DNA from: Bacteroidales bacterium
GTDB taxonomy: Bacteria > Bacteroidota > Bacteroidia > Bacteroidales > UBA12077
Direction: 5' to 3'
NCBI GenBank assembly: GCA_028282585.1
Contig: JANQHR010000142.1
Coordinates: 13,403-77,402 of the forward strand
DNA: 64,000 nucleotides
Part shown: positions 1 to 9,244 of the stretch, one piece after another
How the letters are laid out: every line of letters begins with the position of its first letter
How positions within the stretch are numbered: position 1 is the stretch's first letter
Notes under the pieces: generated by a model
What the model was told of the DNA's origin: nothing
Databases searched by the model: none
What the model saw: the letters and a program-made list of their open reading frames with translations, nothing else
Program-made: the position numbers and the translations under genes

Positions 1-186
1 ATTAACCAGGTATTTGAAAGGTTTTATAAAATTGAAAATAACAAAAAACTCTATAGAGGAGCCGGTTTAGGTTTATCAATAAGTTATGAAATTATAAAGT
101 TACTTAATGGTAAAATAGAGATCGATTCAGAAATTAATAAAGGAACTACATTTTCTATTAGCTTGCCATTGAAAATGGAAGTGTAA
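1..186 (+). CDS. Sensor histidine kinase, C-terminal HATPase_c fragment (5' truncated by window edge)
   Basis: Frame 1 reads INQVFERFYKIENNKKLYRGAGLGLSISYEIIKLLNGKIEIDSEINKGTTFSISLPLKMEV*, containing the F box and the G2 box GxGLGL. Confidence 0.9.
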   Translation: MNQVFERFYKIENNKKLYRGAGLGLSISYEIIKLLNGKIEIDSEINKGTTFSISLPLKMEV

Positions 187-187
187 A

Positions 188-676
188 TTATTTCTGTTTT
201 AACCTATCAATGAGTAATTGCAATTGATTAGGTTTATTTGTTCCTATCAGAATTTTCTTTCCGTCCTTAAGTATTAATTGTAGACCTTTGCTTCCTGAAA
301 CAGTATAGGACCTGCCTTTCTTAATTCTAATTTGAATACCGTGTCCACCATATTCTCTAATTGGTTTAAAACTTCTTAAGTAAAATTCGGAAACTTCATC
401 CCATAAAATCTTCCTAGGTCGAATATGAAATGGTCTATATCGAAATGTAATTTTATTTTCATCAATTTCAGTATCTAATCTCATTAGTATTACTATTATA
501 TTAAATATAATGATTACCAGCAAACTAAATAGTATAGAAATAATAGCCTCTAATTCTTTTTCTTTTGAAAATTGCTCAACCAACGCCCAAAACATTAGAA
601 CATATAAACCAATAAAAAATATCCATTTCCAACCCAGATTAATATATTGACTCTCATTAAAGTTTATATTTACCAT
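188..676 (-). CDS. Membrane protein, DUF6141-like (2 TM plus PH-like domain)
   Basis: Two hydrophobic helices followed by LDTEIDE...FRYRPF...PIREYGGHGI...GLQL...LIGT. Confidence 0.55.
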   Translation of the reverse strand: MVNINFNESQYINLGWKWIFFIGLYVLMFWALVEQFSKEKELEAIISILFSLLVIIIFNIIVILMRLDTEIDENKITFRYRPFHIRPRKILWDEVSEFYLRSFKPIREYGGHGIQIRIKKGRSYTVSGSKGLQLILKDGKKILIGTNKPNQLQLLIDRLKQK

Positions 677-845
677 AACTTATATTCATTGTTTTAACGC
701 AATTTAAAAAACTATTTCTATAAATCAGTCTAATTCCCTGATTTGTTTAACAATTCTAACCAGAAAATAATTAATTATTGAACATTTAATTTTTTGTACG
801 GTTATTTAGTAATATTCGACTAAGCTTAAAACAAAAACTTTAAAC

Positions 846-1904
846 ATGGAACATGCTATCAAAACAATGCTAATCTACTTTAAATTTCTGTTGAAAGAAT
901 TTATTAGCCCATTAAACTACTTTATGGCATTTTTAATTGGAGTTGTAATTAACTATTTTCAGGGGATTGGGATTTTCGAATCTCCTGTCCCATTTATAGT
1001 TCCCATAATAGTTCAGTCGATTTCCAAAGCATCGGTAAAATTTGGTAACAGGAACCTTAATTTACTAGTAAGGCTGCCTATGGAAAAGAAAGACCCGGCT
1101 TTTGTAATAAATACAAGTGGTGAAATTGTTGCTTCAGAAGGAAAAACAAAAGATTTATTCACTAATAATAACATCGGCAATTTTCTGGATTTATTCGAAA
1201 ACCAGCAAGTATCTGATATAAAAGGAGCAATAAATGATAGCTATCATACAAAGCAACATGTTTCACAAGAATGGTATTCTCCCCGAATTGAAAAGTGGTA
1301 TTCAATAAATATGAAAGCAGATGAATTTAGCAATAATGTTTTGGTTTGGCTAGATGATATTTCCTTACGCAAAAAGTTAGATGAGCGATTAACAAAAGTA
1401 AGGAACTTTAGTACCCAAATGATGCTAAGCATTGATGAACAACTTAAAGCCAGTGACAGCTATGACCGTTTAGCACAATTTGTGCTCGACCAAGGCTATA
1501 AGGGAGTTTTCATTACCAGCAAAGAAAAAGAAGGTAACCTAAGAGGTTTTGTATATAAAACAGATTCAGGGCAAATCAGTAAATCGGATGAAATTGTAAT
1601 TTCAAAAAACTCCGAAGCCCCTATATGGAAATCCAGGAGAAGTTTAGGCATTGTTACAGATACTATTAAAAATTACACGGATTCGGAAGTGTTTTACCAA
1701 AATAACCGTTTTGACCCCCATGTTTTAGAATTCCTTAGCTTTAAAGTTGAGAATTTTGTTAACTACCACGAAGAAGATATATCCGTAATTACATTTAACA
1801 AACATTCGGATGTAACCCAACAAGATTTAACCTTAATGGAGGGAATTGTAAACTCTGCATTCACAATTAATTACCTGGTTAATATTATCAAAAATTGCAG
1901 TTAA
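846..1904 (+). CDS. Membrane-anchored sensor-like protein (TM, PAS-like, GAF-like) with no output domain
   Basis: N-terminal hydrophobic helices; DPAFVINTSGEIV...VWLDDISLRKK resembles PAS/PAC; C-terminal GAF-like region; stop is 1 nt before the next ATG. Confidence 0.55.
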   Translation: MEHAIKTMLIYFKFLLKEFISPLNYFMAFLIGVVINYFQGIGIFESPVPFIVPIIVQSISKASVKFGNRNLNLLVRLPMEKKDPAFVINTSGEIVASEGKTKDLFTNNNIGNFLDLFENQQVSDIKGAINDSYHTKQHVSQEWYSPRIEKWYSINMKADEFSNNVLVWLDDISLRKKLDERLTKVRNFSTQMMLSIDEQLKASDSYDRLAQFVLDQGYKGVFITSKEKEGNLRGFVYKTDSGQISKSDEIVISKNSEAPIWKSRRSLGIVTDTIKNYTDSEVFYQNNRFDPHVLEFLSFKVENFVNYHEEDISVITFNKHSDVTQQDLTLMEGIVNSAFTINYLVNIIKNCS

Positions 1905-1905
1905 A

Positions 1906-4032
1906 ATGGTTCAAGATATTAGATATTCTTCTGAAGAGGTTAAATCTATGGCATTGTTTGCTAAGTATAACCCTGCGCCTGTTTTTCGTTTCGATAAAGA
2001 GGGAAATATACTTCAGGCTAATTATGCTGCTGAAGAAACTTTCTCAGAAATTATCTCCAGAAATGGAAGAGCTTTTGAGATGATTAAGGGAATTGACCAA
2101 AGCAAAGTTGAAAAGTGTATTAAAAATGGCGATATTCTTTCGTTGGTTGAACATGTTAATGGCAAGAATTTCCGGTTTGAAATGCGAGGCATACCTGAAT
2201 TAAAAGTTATGCAGGTTTATGGCGCAGACATAACTGAAATAGTAGAAACGCAATATGAAAATGAGAAACTTTCAACTGCAGTCTCTCAAACGTCTAATTC
2301 TGTGATGATTACCGACCTTAAAGGCAACATTGAATTTGTAAACGGTGCATTTGAATTAAAATCAGGATATCAAAGAGAAGATGTACTTGGCAGAAACCCG
2401 CGCATTTTAAAAACCAATTACCTCTCAAAAGAGACCTACAAGAAAATGTGGGAAACCATTTCTTCTGGCCATGTTTGGAAAGGAGAATTTCATAACCGAA
2501 GAAAAGATGGTTCTACGTATTGGGAAGAAGCTACAATTAGTCCCATAAAAGATAGAAATGAGGAAATTCAAAACTACATAGCTGTTAAAGAAGATATAAC
2601 AGAACGAAAAAAAGCAGCGGAAAAATTGCATTCGATGGCTTTGTTTGCGGAATTAAACCCGGAGCCAGTAATGCGTTTAGCAGATAATGGTTTGATACTC
2701 CAATCTAACAAAGCAGCTAATGATATTTTTAACGAAGAATCTTTAATAGGGTTTGAAGTTCAGGAATTGATACAAGAAATAGCACAAATTGATTTTTCCG
2801 GTTTTATTAAAAACAATAAAATTGAAACGATTGATATCCAAATTAAAAATAAATTCTACCGGTTTATTTTAAAAGGAATTGCTGAAATCAATGTGTGCCA
2901 AATGTATGGGTCGGATATTACCAGCCGAATCGAAGCCCAAAAAGATGCAGAATCAATGGCACTCTTCGCAAAACTGAACCCGGAGCCTGTTTTTAGGTTC
3001 GATGCCCATGGCATTATATTACAGTCCAACCCGGCCTCAAATGAAGCATTTGGCTCACAAACTATTGTAGGAAAGGAAATTATAGAGCTAATACCCGAAA
3101 TTTCAGATATAAATTTTAAAGAATTTATAGAAAAAAACAGTTTATTAACTATAACAGCAGAGATTGGGCAAAGTATAATGAGATTTATTCTTCGTGGGCT
3201 ATCCCATTTAAACGTATGTCAGATTTATGGTTCAGATATAACTGAAAGAGTCAAAGCACAAAAAAAAATCGAAGAGCAAAAGCAAGCCATTACGGACAGT
3301 ATTCAGTATGCAAGTCGAATTCAAAATGCTGTTCTTCCAAAGCAAGATATAATGGATAATTATCTTTCCGATCATTTTATCTTTTTCAAACCCCGCGATA
3401 TAGTTAGTGGCGATTTTTACTGGATGACTGAGAAAAACAACAAGCTTGTATTAGTTGCTGCAGATTGTACAGGACATGGGGTTCCTGGTGCATTCATGAG
3501 CATGCTTGGTATTTCATTTTTAAATGAAATTGTAAACAAACATAGCTGTGAGAAAGCCAGCACAATTTTAGACGAATTACGCGACCTGTTAAAGTCAACC
3601 CTGGCACAATCGGGACAAGCCACTGATGATGGAATGGATGTAGCACTTGTTATTGTCGATAAAGAAAGTATGAAAATCAATTACGCAGGTGCCTATAATT
3701 CCTTTTATCTGGTAAGAGATGAAGAATTGCAAATAACCAAGGCCGACAGAATGCCTATAGGAAACTATATTAAAGATGATAAGCCATTTACTAACCACAC
3801 AATCGAAATTCGAAAGGGTGATTCGTTTTTTATTTATTCCGATGGCTACCCTGACCAGTTTGGAGAAAAAACAAAAGCAAAATTTTCTACCAAGAAATTT
3901 AAACAACTATTAACTGACATAAGTAAACATTCGGCAGAAATACAAACTCGCATACTTGAACAAGAATTTCAATCCTGGAAAGGAAATCACAGACAAATTG
4001 ATGATGTTTTGATTATAGGGGCTAAAATCTAG
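1906..4032 (+). CDS. Multi-PAS SpoIIE/PP2C (RsbU-like) protein serine phosphatase
   Basis: Four PAS domains, then SIQYASRIQNAVLP...PRDIVSGDFYW...ADCTGHGVPGA...DGMD...YSDGYPDQFG...QIDDVL. Confidence 0.9.
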   Translation: MVQDIRYSSEEVKSMALFAKYNPAPVFRFDKEGNILQANYAAEETFSEIISRNGRAFEMIKGIDQSKVEKCIKNGDILSLVEHVNGKNFRFEMRGIPELKVMQVYGADITEIVETQYENEKLSTAVSQTSNSVMITDLKGNIEFVNGAFELKSGYQREDVLGRNPRILKTNYLSKETYKKMWETISSGHVWKGEFHNRRKDGSTYWEEATISPIKDRNEEIQNYIAVKEDITERKKAAEKLHSMALFAELNPEPVMRLADNGLILQSNKAANDIFNEESLIGFEVQELIQEIAQIDFSGFIKNNKIETIDIQIKNKFYRFILKGIAEINVCQMYGSDITSRIEAQKDAESMALFAKLNPEPVFRFDAHGIILQSNPASNEAFGSQTIVGKEIIELIPEISDINFKEFIEKNSLLTITAEIGQSIMRFILRGLSHLNVCQIYGSDITERVKAQKKIEEQKQAITDSIQYASRIQNAVLPKQDIMDNYLSDHFIFFKPRDIVSGDFYWMTEKNNKLVLVAADCTGHGVPGAFMSMLGISFLNEIVNKHSCEKASTILDELRDLLKSTLAQSGQATDDGMDVALVIVDKESMKINYAGAYNSFYLVRDEELQITKADRMPIGNYIKDDKPFTNHTIEIRKGDSFFIYSDGYPDQFGEKTKAKFSTKKFKQLLTDISKHSAEIQTRILEQEFQSWKGNHRQIDDVLIIGAKI

Positions 4033-4059
4033 TTGTTGATCAATATTTATTAGGTTTTA

Positions 4060-4587
4060 TCAAAATTTAGGTATCCATCGCCTAGCCTTTTTCATATACT
4101 TAACATAATCATCCCCAAATTGCTTAAGCAACAATTTTTCTTCGTGTTTGGCAATAAAATTGTAAAAAAAGAAAATTAGTATAAACATGATTAATAAAGG
4201 TAATGAATACATTAAGATAGTTACTCCCAAATAAAATAACAAAGCCCCTAAATACATGGGGTGCCTTACTTTTTCATAAACTTTATGGTTTATTACTTGC
4301 GGATTCTCCGATTTAACTCCAAATATCATTTTCATGCTCCTACGAGCAAAATAAAATCCTGAAATTAATATAAATCCTCCCAATGCGATATGTAACCACA
4401 TCGGAACTTTAAAATATTCTGATTCCGGAAATTTAAAAAAGAATGTGTCTAAAACCCATAAACCAATAAAAAGCAATAAAAGGATTAGTTGGCCCAAATC
4501 ACCAAATGGATGTTCACCCGTTAAATCAGGCCTGTCAACGTGTTTTTTCACTTTATACGCTTGCATTTTTGTAAGTATTAAAAGCAA
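4060..4587 (-). CDS. Isoprenylcysteine carboxyl methyltransferase/PEMT-family membrane methyltransferase (start possibly ATG 4566)
   Basis: TM helices plus YEKVRHPMYLG...EEKLLLKQFGDDYVKY signature. Confidence 0.85.
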   Translation of the reverse strand: MLLILTKMQAYKVKKHVDRPDLTGEHPFGDLGQLILLLLFIGLWVLDTFFFKFPESEYFKVPMWLHIALGGFILISGFYFARRSMKMIFGVKSENPQVINHKVYEKVRHPMYLGALLFYLGVTILMYSLPLLIMFILIFFFYNFIAKHEEKLLLKQFGDDYVKYMKKARRWIPKF

Positions 4588-4631
4588 AGGCTACCAGCCA
4601 AAAATTAAGAGCTGGTAGCTCAAAACTACAT

Positions 4632-5048
4632 TTATTTTTGTTCTTGCTCCTTACGGCGTTCCATATATTCGTTATATGCTTTTTCTCCTTCGTCCCACCA
4701 AAAGTCATCAAAATGCCTCCAGTCCCTGCACTTGCGTTCTTTCTTATAATTATCTTTCCAATGATGAAAAAACTCTTTTTTTGGCGAACGTTTTTTGTAG
4801 TGGTTATCACTTCCGTGCTTAAAGCCGCCAAAAACTAAACGTGCAAGTAATACTATACCAGCTGCCTGCCAAAAGGTTATTGTTGTTAATCCGAATATTG
4901 ATGGCATTAACCAATTCCATAGCAACATTACAAAATAGCCAAATAAGAAGGCAAACCCTGCCGCTGCTATTGCCCCAAGTATTACAAAGCCTACTATCTT
5001 CAGCCCTTTTAATACCGGATGTGTCCTACGTCTGTATACTGTTTCCAT
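4632..5048 (-). CDS. Conserved small membrane protein downstream of ECF sigma factor
   Basis: VMLLWNWLMPSIFGLTTITFWQAAGIVLLARLVFGG motif; basic, aromatic-rich C-terminus. Confidence 0.7.
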   Translation of the reverse strand: METVYRRRTHPVLKGLKIVGFVILGAIAAAGFAFLFGYFVMLLWNWLMPSIFGLTTITFWQAAGIVLLARLVFGGFKHGSDNHYKKRSPKKEFFHHWKDNYKKERKCRDWRHFDDFWWDEGEKAYNEYMERRKEQEQK

Positions 5049-5069
5049 AATATTTAATTTTTATTGATT

Positions 5070-5630
5070 TCAATTTTCTATATATAAATCATCAAGCTTG
5101 ATCAATTTTTTTAGCTTTTTAACTCCCCTATGTTTCCATGAGAGGAGTGTCCCAATCGGTATATCTAGTTCATCCGATAATTCCTCAAATGTATATCCTT
5201 CTATTTCAGTAGCTACAAATATCATTTGTTGATTCGGACTTAATTTGCTTAAGGCATTATTTAATTCATTGTAAAACCTTTCGTCATCAATCTCAAAATG
5301 AATCGATTCGTCTAATACCGGTATGTTTCCGGAAAATGCATCCTCTCCTTCTTCATTCGAGAATTTTTCAAATGGAATTTCTTTCTTTTTCTTTCTCTGA
5401 AAATCGATAATCTTATTCTTTATTGACTGGTAAACATAGCCGGCAACATTTTCCAAATGCTCATCAAAATCCAGTTTAGAAAATAGATTCACTGCAACAT
5501 CTTGCACAACATCCTCAGCACTAACATTATAATACCTTTCGTTTAAGTACCTTCTTACATATGAAACCAGGTTTCTGTATTCAGAACTTATAAATGTTTT
5601 CAGCCCCCTATTTTCTTTTTTGCCTTTCAT
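5070..5630 (-). CDS. ECF sigma-70 factor
   Basis: Region 2 AEDVVQDV...IKNKIIDFQRK; region 4 LSPNQQMIF...EGYTFEELSDELDIPIGTLLSWKHRG; ATG 5630 preferred over the ORF-track start at 5648. Confidence 0.92.
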   Translation of the reverse strand: MKGKKENRGLKTFISSEYRNLVSYVRRYLNERYYNVSAEDVVQDVAVNLFSKLDFDEHLENVAGYVYQSIKNKIIDFQRKKKKEIPFEKFSNEEGEDAFSGNIPVLDESIHFEIDDERFYNELNNALSKLSPNQQMIFVATEIEGYTFEELSDELDIPIGTLLSWKHRGVKKLKKLIKLDDLYIEN

Positions 5631-5639
5631 ATTATACCT

Positions 5640-5664
5640 GACGGACACTTTAAATATTATTGCA
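5640..5664 (-). promoter_or_regulatory. Putative autoregulatory ECF promoter TGCAAT-N15-CGTC
   Basis: Minus strand tgcaat-aatatttaaagtgtc-cgtc lies about 10 nt upstream of the sigma ATG. Confidence 0.4.
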
Positions 5665-5702
5665 CTTTGGATTTGTTTTTTTGAAATTTGTTATGGTATT
5701 CC

Positions 5703-5729
5703 TGTAACTTTCTTTTTCTAGTCTCGTCT
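5703..5729 (+). promoter_or_regulatory. Putative ECF promoter TGTAAC-N16-CGTCT upstream of ABC permease
   Basis: tgtaac-tttctttttctagtct-cgtct matches the generic ECF AAC-N16-CGT pattern. Confidence 0.6.
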
Positions 5730-5788
5730 TACCTTAAATTTATATATTTACTTAACTAACCAATTACTAAGATATAAAATCAATCCAT

Positions 5789-8215
5789 ATGAGTAAAAAC
5801 ATTATAAAACACAGTATAAGGGCTTTAAACAGACAGAAAGGCTATGTATTTATTAATATTATTGGCTTATCAATAGGAATTGCATGTAGCCTTTTAATTT
5901 CGCTATTTGTAATTAACGAACTTAGTTACGATCAGTTTAATGTATTAAAAGACAGAATATACCGGGTTAATTTACATGGAAAAATAAGTGGCCAGGAAGC
6001 GCATGTTTCATCGACCAGCTCGCCACTCGGGCCAACAATGCTCCAAGAATTTCCGGAAGTTGAAGATTTTACACGCTTTGACAGCCGAGGAAAAACCGTT
6101 ATAAAATTTGAAGATAAGAGTTTTGCTGAAGAAGCGTTTGCCCTTGTTGATTCATCTTTTTTTAAAATATTTTCAATAAACCTGCTTAAGGGAGATAAAA
6201 ATGCTATTTTAAATGCACCATATCAAGTAGTTGTAAGCAAAACAACAGCCAAAAAATTCTTTGGGAACGATGAGCCCATTGATAAAATGATTCAAGTTAG
6301 CACGGATACGAATTTGTACAGGGTAGTTGGAGTTATGGAGGATATTCCCGAAAATTCGAGCTTTGAAGTAGATTTGTTCGGTTCATTTTTATCTAGCCGC
6401 CGGGCCAACGACGGTTATTGGTTATCGAATAGTTTCGAAACCTACATTCTGGCTAAAGAAGGCACTTCGGCTGATGCTATCAATTCGAAAATACACCCTA
6501 TGTTGGTTAAATACGTGGGTCCGCTCATCCAACAATATTTTGGAATTTCTTTCGATGAGTTTTTAAGTAAAGGCAACCAATATATATACCGCTTGCAACC
6601 TTTATTAAAAGTTCACCTGGACCCAAGCATCGAACATGAAGTTAAAAATGCCAGTGACCCAAAATTTCTTTACATTTTTGGTGGAATTGCAATTTTAATC
6701 ATTGTAATCGCTGCCATTAACTTCATGAATTTGTCAACTGCACAAGCTGCCAAACGAGCAAAGGAAGTTGGCATTAAAAAAGTAAGCGGGTCATCTAAGG
6801 GTATGCTGGTTCAACAATTTATTGCAGAGTCCATGGTTCTTGCATTTTTATCTTTAATTATAGCCATCTTGATTATGGAATTATCACTGCCATATTTTAA
6901 TAACCTCTTAAACTCAAACCTACACTTAGATTACCTGGGTGAATGGTATACAATTCCAGGCTTATTGGCTCTTACATTATTTATAGGTTTCCTTTCGGGA
7001 AGTTACCCGGCCTTTTACCTTTCAGCCTTTAAACCTGTTTCGGTACTTAAGGGAAATATAAAAGACAGCATGAAAAATGGTAAACTAAGGAGTATACTGG
7101 TAATCTTGCAATTTGGAATTTCAATCATCTTAATTGTTGGGACCCTCATTATTTTCAGGCAAATCAATTTTATGCTTAACAAAGATATGGGCTTTAACCA
7201 GGATCAATTAATGGTAATTTCAAGGGCAAACGTAGTAGGAAAGAAAATTAAACCGTTTAAAAATGAACTCTTAAACTTACAAGGAGTTGAAAGTGTTTCA
7301 GCCTCAACTGCGGCACCGGCACACAACAATAATGGCAATGGCTATACTATTGAAGGGAGAAACCAGGAATCCTATTTACTGGAAACAAACTGGGTTGACT
7401 ACGACTACTTTAAAACATATGGAATTTCTTTAGTATCGGGAAGACTCTTTGATGAAGAATTTAAAACCGATGAAGAAGCTTGTATTGTTAACCAAAGTGC
7501 AGTAAACAATTTCAATTTAGAGGATCCATTTGCTGTGAGGTTTATTGTTCCGGAAGATGACCCGGAAGCTGAAACCAAGTATATGCCAATCATTGGGGTT
7601 GTAAATGATTTCCATTTCAGGTCGTTGCATAGCCGTATTGAACCCTATATGTTCAGGTTTAAAAACGAAGATATTAACTGGGGCTATATAAGTGTGAGAA
7701 TTGCTAAAGATGCACCTGCAACTGTTTTAAAGGAAATTGAAAATGTATGGAACAACTTTACTTCCAATGAACCAATCCAGTATTTTTACATGGATGAATC
7801 GTTAAGGGAATTATATTTAGAAGAACAGCAAAATTCAAAACTTTCTATTATGTTTACCATACTTGCCATCATCATAGCCTCGCTGGGCTTGTTTGGCCTA
7901 ACATCATTCACCGTTGAACAGCGAACCAAAGAAATCGGCATTCGAAAAGCCATGGGGGCTTCCGTAGGAAGAATATTTTACATTATTTCGAAAGAAATCA
8001 TGGTATTGGTTGCTATCTCAACCCTGATAGCATGGCCCATTGTTTTCTTTATTGCAAAAAACTGGCTGCAAAATTACCACTATAAAATCCACCTTGGAAT
8101 TTTTGATTTTTTGATTGGTTTTGTAATTGCATTGAGCATCGCTTTATTAACAATAAGCTACAGGGCCTTAAAATCGGCACGAATGAACCCGGCAGAGTCG
8201 TTGCGTTACGAATAA
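5789..8215 (+). CDS. ABC transporter permease, MacB/FtsX family (duplicated MacB_PCD-FtsX)
   Basis: INIIGLSIGIAC; INFMNLSTAQAAKRAKEVGIKKVSG; EQRTKEIGIRKAMGAS; NPAESLRYE. Confidence 0.95.
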   Translation: MSKNIIKHSIRALNRQKGYVFINIIGLSIGIACSLLISLFVINELSYDQFNVLKDRIYRVNLHGKISGQEAHVSSTSSPLGPTMLQEFPEVEDFTRFDSRGKTVIKFEDKSFAEEAFALVDSSFFKIFSINLLKGDKNAILNAPYQVVVSKTTAKKFFGNDEPIDKMIQVSTDTNLYRVVGVMEDIPENSSFEVDLFGSFLSSRRANDGYWLSNSFETYILAKEGTSADAINSKIHPMLVKYVGPLIQQYFGISFDEFLSKGNQYIYRLQPLLKVHLDPSIEHEVKNASDPKFLYIFGGIAILIIVIAAINFMNLSTAQAAKRAKEVGIKKVSGSSKGMLVQQFIAESMVLAFLSLIIAILIMELSLPYFNNLLNSNLHLDYLGEWYTIPGLLALTLFIGFLSGSYPAFYLSAFKPVSVLKGNIKDSMKNGKLRSILVILQFGISIILIVGTLIIFRQINFMLNKDMGFNQDQLMVISRANVVGKKIKPFKNELLNLQGVESVSASTAAPAHNNNGNGYTIEGRNQESYLLETNWVDYDYFKTYGISLVSGRLFDEEFKTDEEACIVNQSAVNNFNLEDPFAVRFIVPEDDPEAETKYMPIIGVVNDFHFRSLHSRIEPYMFRFKNEDINWGYISVRIAKDAPATVLKEIENVWNNFTSNEPIQYFYMDESLRELYLEEQQNSKLSIMFTILAIIIASLGLFGLTSFTVEQRTKEIGIRKAMGASVGRIFYIISKEIMVLVAISTLIAWPIVFFIAKNWLQNYHYKIHLGIFDFLIGFVIALSIALLTISYRALKSARMNPAESLRYE

Positions 8216-8230
8216 TATATATTTTAACTA

Positions 8231-8256
8231 AAAAGCGAAGTTTAGGCTTCGCTTTT
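8231..8256. terminator. Bidirectional intrinsic terminator
   Basis: AAAAGCGAAG-tttagg-CTTCGCTTTT between convergent genes. Confidence 0.85.
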
Positions 8257-8695
8257 ACTTATTTAGAATTTCTTCGAGTAGCTCGACTGATTCTTTTACG
8301 TAATTAGAACACTTTTTGAAGAAGACATCTTCTTTTTCAGCTTGTTGCCTCCCTTCTTCTGTATTCAGATCAAAATCTATTAAAGCCTTACAGTTGATGC
8401 TATCGAATTTTTCTGTATACTTTTGAGAAAATTCCTGAATTAGTTCGTTAGTTTTTTCCTTGGCCTTCTCATCTCCGCGTTTATATTTTCCATTTAAAAA
8501 TCCTATAACCATAAATGCTCCTGTAACAGCACCACAAGTCTCTTGCATTCTTCCCATACCAGCACCAAAACCTGACGCTATTCTTAAAACAACTTCTTCA
8601 TCTATTTCTAATTTATCTGAAAAAGAGGCAATAACGGATTGCGCACAATTAAAACTATCAAAGTAATAATCGAGCGCTCTTTCTGATCTTAACAT
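8255..8695 (-). CDS. C_GCAxxG_C_C family putative redox-active protein
   Basis: FNCAQSV...GFGAGMGRMQETCGAVTG...SINCKAL...KKCSNYV. Confidence 0.92.
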   Translation of the reverse strand: MLRSERALDYYFDSFNCAQSVIASFSDKLEIDEEVVLRIASGFGAGMGRMQETCGAVTGAFMVIGFLNGKYKRGDEKAKEKTNELIQEFSQKYTEKFDSINCKALIDFDLNTEEGRQQAEKEDVFFKKCSNYVKESVELLEEILNK

Positions 8696-8699
8696 ATAA

Positions 8700-8945
8700 C
8701 TAGGCTAGTTTCTTTCTGTTAATTACCTGATAAAATTTTTTAGTAAAATGACCACCGCAATTTACCAAGTTATATTTTGGAACAAATGGTTCTGTTAAAT
8801 CTATTTCAACTCTTGCCTTAGGGTTAGATTCAAGATGTCCAATCAATTTAAGATAGTCCTTTACAACATCGTATTCAATATAATCCAAATCTAGCGGATC
8901 TTTTAGAGCAATTTCTTTTCCATTCTTTAAACAAGTAATTTTCAT
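8700..8945 (-). CDS. Small hypothetical protein (ATG 8945)
   Basis: 81-aa ORF MKITCLKNG... ending 4 nt upstream of the C_GCAxxG gene. Confidence 0.55.
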   Translation of the reverse strand: MKITCLKNGKEIALKDPLDLDYIEYDVVKDYLKLIGHLESNPKARVEIDLTEPFVPKYNLVNCGGHFTKKFYQVINRKKLA

Positions 8946-9244
8946 AGTAGTTGATTTTATTCTTTCTAGTCCGTTTTTTTGCAAAAACCAGACCAGAATA
9001 TTACCGAGATTAAATCTAAGATAAAAAAATATTTCCTAAACCAGAAAAACGTTTAATAAAAATAAACCATTCCTTACTTTGGTATTCATCTATTCCTATT
9101 GATGATATTTTTTTACATTAAGTTGCGTACGAACATTATTTTTACAAATCACTCCAATTGAACAAATTTATAGTTCTATAGTTCAACAAAGTAAAGTGTT
9201 AATTATGAAGCTAAAATGAAGTTGAATTTATTAAATAGTAAAAA

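Noticed and set aside
1895-2083. Programmed frameshift fusing the 846 and 1906 ORFs, or the 62-aa overlapping ORF
   Set aside because: No slippery site or stimulatory structure is evident; TAA-a-ATG fits translational coupling, and the 62-aa ORF is an out-of-frame shadow
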